The notes beneath the pieces were generated by a model. It ran no database searches, was not told where the DNA came from, and worked only from the letters and a program-made list of their open reading frames with translations. The translations under genes were made by a program, and so were the position numbers. A stretch of 64,000 nucleotides of DNA from Macrostomum hystrix (Eukaryota > Animalia > Platyhelminthes): NCBI GenBank assembly GCA_950097015.1, contig CATNEN010000029.1, positions 2,232,001 through 2,296,000 on the forward strand, read 5' to 3'. Positions 61,706-64,000 of this stretch are shown here, piece by piece. Positions within the stretch are counted from its first letter, which is position 1. Every line of letters begins with the position of its first letter.

Positions 61706-63911
61706 ATGTCTGAGAATGACAATCAGCAGCCTTTGGCCACTGTGTTCTGCAAGAATGGCTGCGGCTTCTATGGCTCTAGCCAGTCTGACGGTCTGTGCAG
61801 CATCTGCTTTAAAAAGGCTTTAAAACAGCGCTCTCAGGAATCTGGCGTAGATAGCACCGGTGCTATGGGAACAATACCCAGCATTATAATGCACTCAACA
61901 GCATCATGTGAGCACTACTCATTGTTGCACTTTTTAAAGCTAGATACCAATGCTGGGTATCCATCATTCCATATTCTCATGCTGGGTATCCATCATTCCA
62001 TATTCTCATGCTGGGTATCCATCATTCCATATTCTCATGCTGGGTATCCATCATTCCATATTCTCATGCTGGGTATCCATCATTCCATATTCTCATGCTG
62101 GGTATCCATCATTCCATATTCTCATGCTGGGTATCCATCATTCCATATCCTCAGGCTGGGTATCCATCATTCCATATCCTCAGGCTGGGTATCCATCATT
62201 CCATATTCTCATGCTGGGTATCCATCATTCCATATTCTCATGCTGGGTATCCATCATTCCATATCCTCAGGCTGGGTATCCATCAGTCCATATCCTCAGG
62301 CTGCGTATCCATCATTCCATATCCTCAGGCTGGGTATCCATCATTCCATATCCTCAGGCTGGGTATCCATCATTCCATATCCTCAGGCTGGGTATCCATC
62401 ATTCCATATCCTCAGGCTGGGTATCCATCATTCCATATCCTGAGGCTGGGTATCCATCATTCCATATTCTCATGCTGGGTATCCATCATTCCATATCCTC
62501 AGGCTGGGTATCCATCATTCCATATCCTCAGGCTGGGTATCCATCATTCCATATCCTGAGGCTGGGTATCCATCATTCCATATCCTCAGGCTGCGTATCC
62601 ATCATTCCATATCCTCAGGCTGGGTATCCATCATTCCATATCCTCAGGCTGGGTATCCATCATTCCATATCCTCAGGCTGGGTATCCATCATTCCATATT
62701 CTCATGCTGGGTATCCATCATTCCATATTCTCATGCTGGGTATCCATCATTCCATATCCTCAGGCTGGGTATCCATCAGTCCATATCCTCAGGCTGGGTA
62801 TCCATCAGTCCATATCCTCAGGCTGGGTATCCATCAGTCCATATCCTCAGGCTGGATATCCATCATTCCATATCCTCAGGCTGGATATCCATCAGTCCAT
62901 ATCCTCAGGCTGGATATAATGATTATCCTTCTCTCTAATCTGTTCGCAGCCGCTTCTCTGCCAGCTGAGTCGACTTCCGCTGATGCCGCCGAAGCGGCTT
63001 CAGTGCCGGAGCCGCCTGCGCAGCTTTTGCCACCAACGGCAACGTTGGCCGCCGTAGCTTCCGAGGACAGCATCGCCAGCATGAACTCGTCGGGTAAGAA
63101 TAAGAAGCAGGATATGAGACAGTACTCTCACTACAGGTATTTAGGTCAGAACGTCAAACTCACTACAGGTGTTTAGGTCAGAACGTCAAACTCACTACAG
63201 GTATTTAGGTTAGAACGTCAAACTCACTACAGGTATTTAGGTCAGAACGTCAAACTCACTACAGGTATTTAGGTCAGAACGTCAAACTCACTACAGGTAT
63301 TTAGGTTAGAACGTCAAACTCACTACAGGTATTTAGGTCAGAACGTCAAACTCACTACAGGTATTTAGGTCAGAACGTCAAACTCACTACAGGTATTTAG
63401 GTCAGAACGTCAAACTTACTACAGGTATTTAGGTCAGAACGTCAACCTCACTACAGGTATTTAGGTCAGAACGTCAACCTCACTACAGGTATTTAGGTCA
63501 GAACGTCAACCTCACTAGGCAGGTGTTTAGGTCAGAACTTCAAACTCACTAGGCAGGTATCTATTATTCCTTCATTGCAGACGCCAGCGATTCTCAGCAA
63601 CCATCCGGCAGCAAGCGAAGAAATCGCTGCTATGTTTGTAAAAAGAAGGTCGGCCTCACTGGTTAGTTTATTAAGTTTCTGTGAACATTTATTTGATTTA
63701 CGTTCATTAAAATAGCATTATACTCTCAGTAGTACAAAATGTGTTTTGTCATTACATTTTAGGCTTCGAATGCCGGTGCGGTGGTGTCTACTGTTCTTTG
63801 CACAGATATAGTGACAAGCACGACTGCCAGTTTGACTACCAGGGCCACGGCCAGGCCGAAATTCGCCGGGCTAATCCGGTTGTGGTCAAGAGCAAGGTTG
63901 ACAAGCTCTGA
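61706..63911 (+). CDS. ZFAND5/6: A20/AN1 zinc finger protein (ZFAND5/6-like); exons 61706-61859, 62950-63093, 63581-63661, 63763-63911 (175 aa)
   Basis: A20 finger CKNGCGFYGSSQSDGLCSICF; AN1 finger RNRCYVCKKKVGLTG|FECRCGGVYCSLHRYSDKHDCQFDY...NPVVVKSKVDKL*; all three introns phase 1, GT-AG. Confidence 0.95.
61950..62915. repeat. 29-bp minisatellite (tgctgggtatccatcattccatattctca / ...atcctcag), ZFAND intron 1
   Basis: About 33 units. Confidence 0.97.
63126..63560. repeat. 32-bp minisatellite (ctcactacaggtatttaggtcagaacgtcaaa), ZFAND intron 2
   Basis: About 13 units. Confidence 0.97.
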
Positions 63912-64000
63912 GCTCGGCTGCTATCATCGTCTGCTGCCTCTGCCCTGATTCCAGACCCAGCTTATTTGATCATGAACACTTGCCCAGCCTTCCTCGATTG

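Overview
Animal (metazoan) genomic DNA with spliced genes, standard genetic code, GC-rich exons and AT-rich spacers. The very high minisatellite load and Ala-rich ORFs suggest a free-living flatworm such as Macrostomum (inference, not proven). Genes I could reconstruct by hand: the 3' end of an SLC22-type transporter (+), synaptogyrin (-, 4 exons, 242 aa), PPIL6 (+, 2 exons, 309 aa), an innexin (-, 2 exons, 462 aa), a single-Ig type I membrane protein (+), an A20/AN1 zinc-finger ZFAND5/6-like gene (+, 4 exons, 175 aa) and three unidentified ORFs at 10.5-14.8 kb. The most notable item is an intact stand-alone Ty3/gypsy CsRn1-type Gag ORF (5456-6277, -) with a perfect CHCC knuckle, an upstream splice acceptor and no pol or LTRs, a candidate domesticated capsid gene. 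The rest is about 25 different mini/microsatellite arrays (many filling otherwise small introns, several carrying splice-site motifs in sense orientation), two tRNA-derived SINE families (5 and 4 copies) and two copies of a hAT-Charlie-like MITE carrying an expandable 16-bp minisatellite. Most long ORFs in the supplied track are repeat artefacts. Gene coordinates come from manual splice-site reading; repeat boundaries are approximate.
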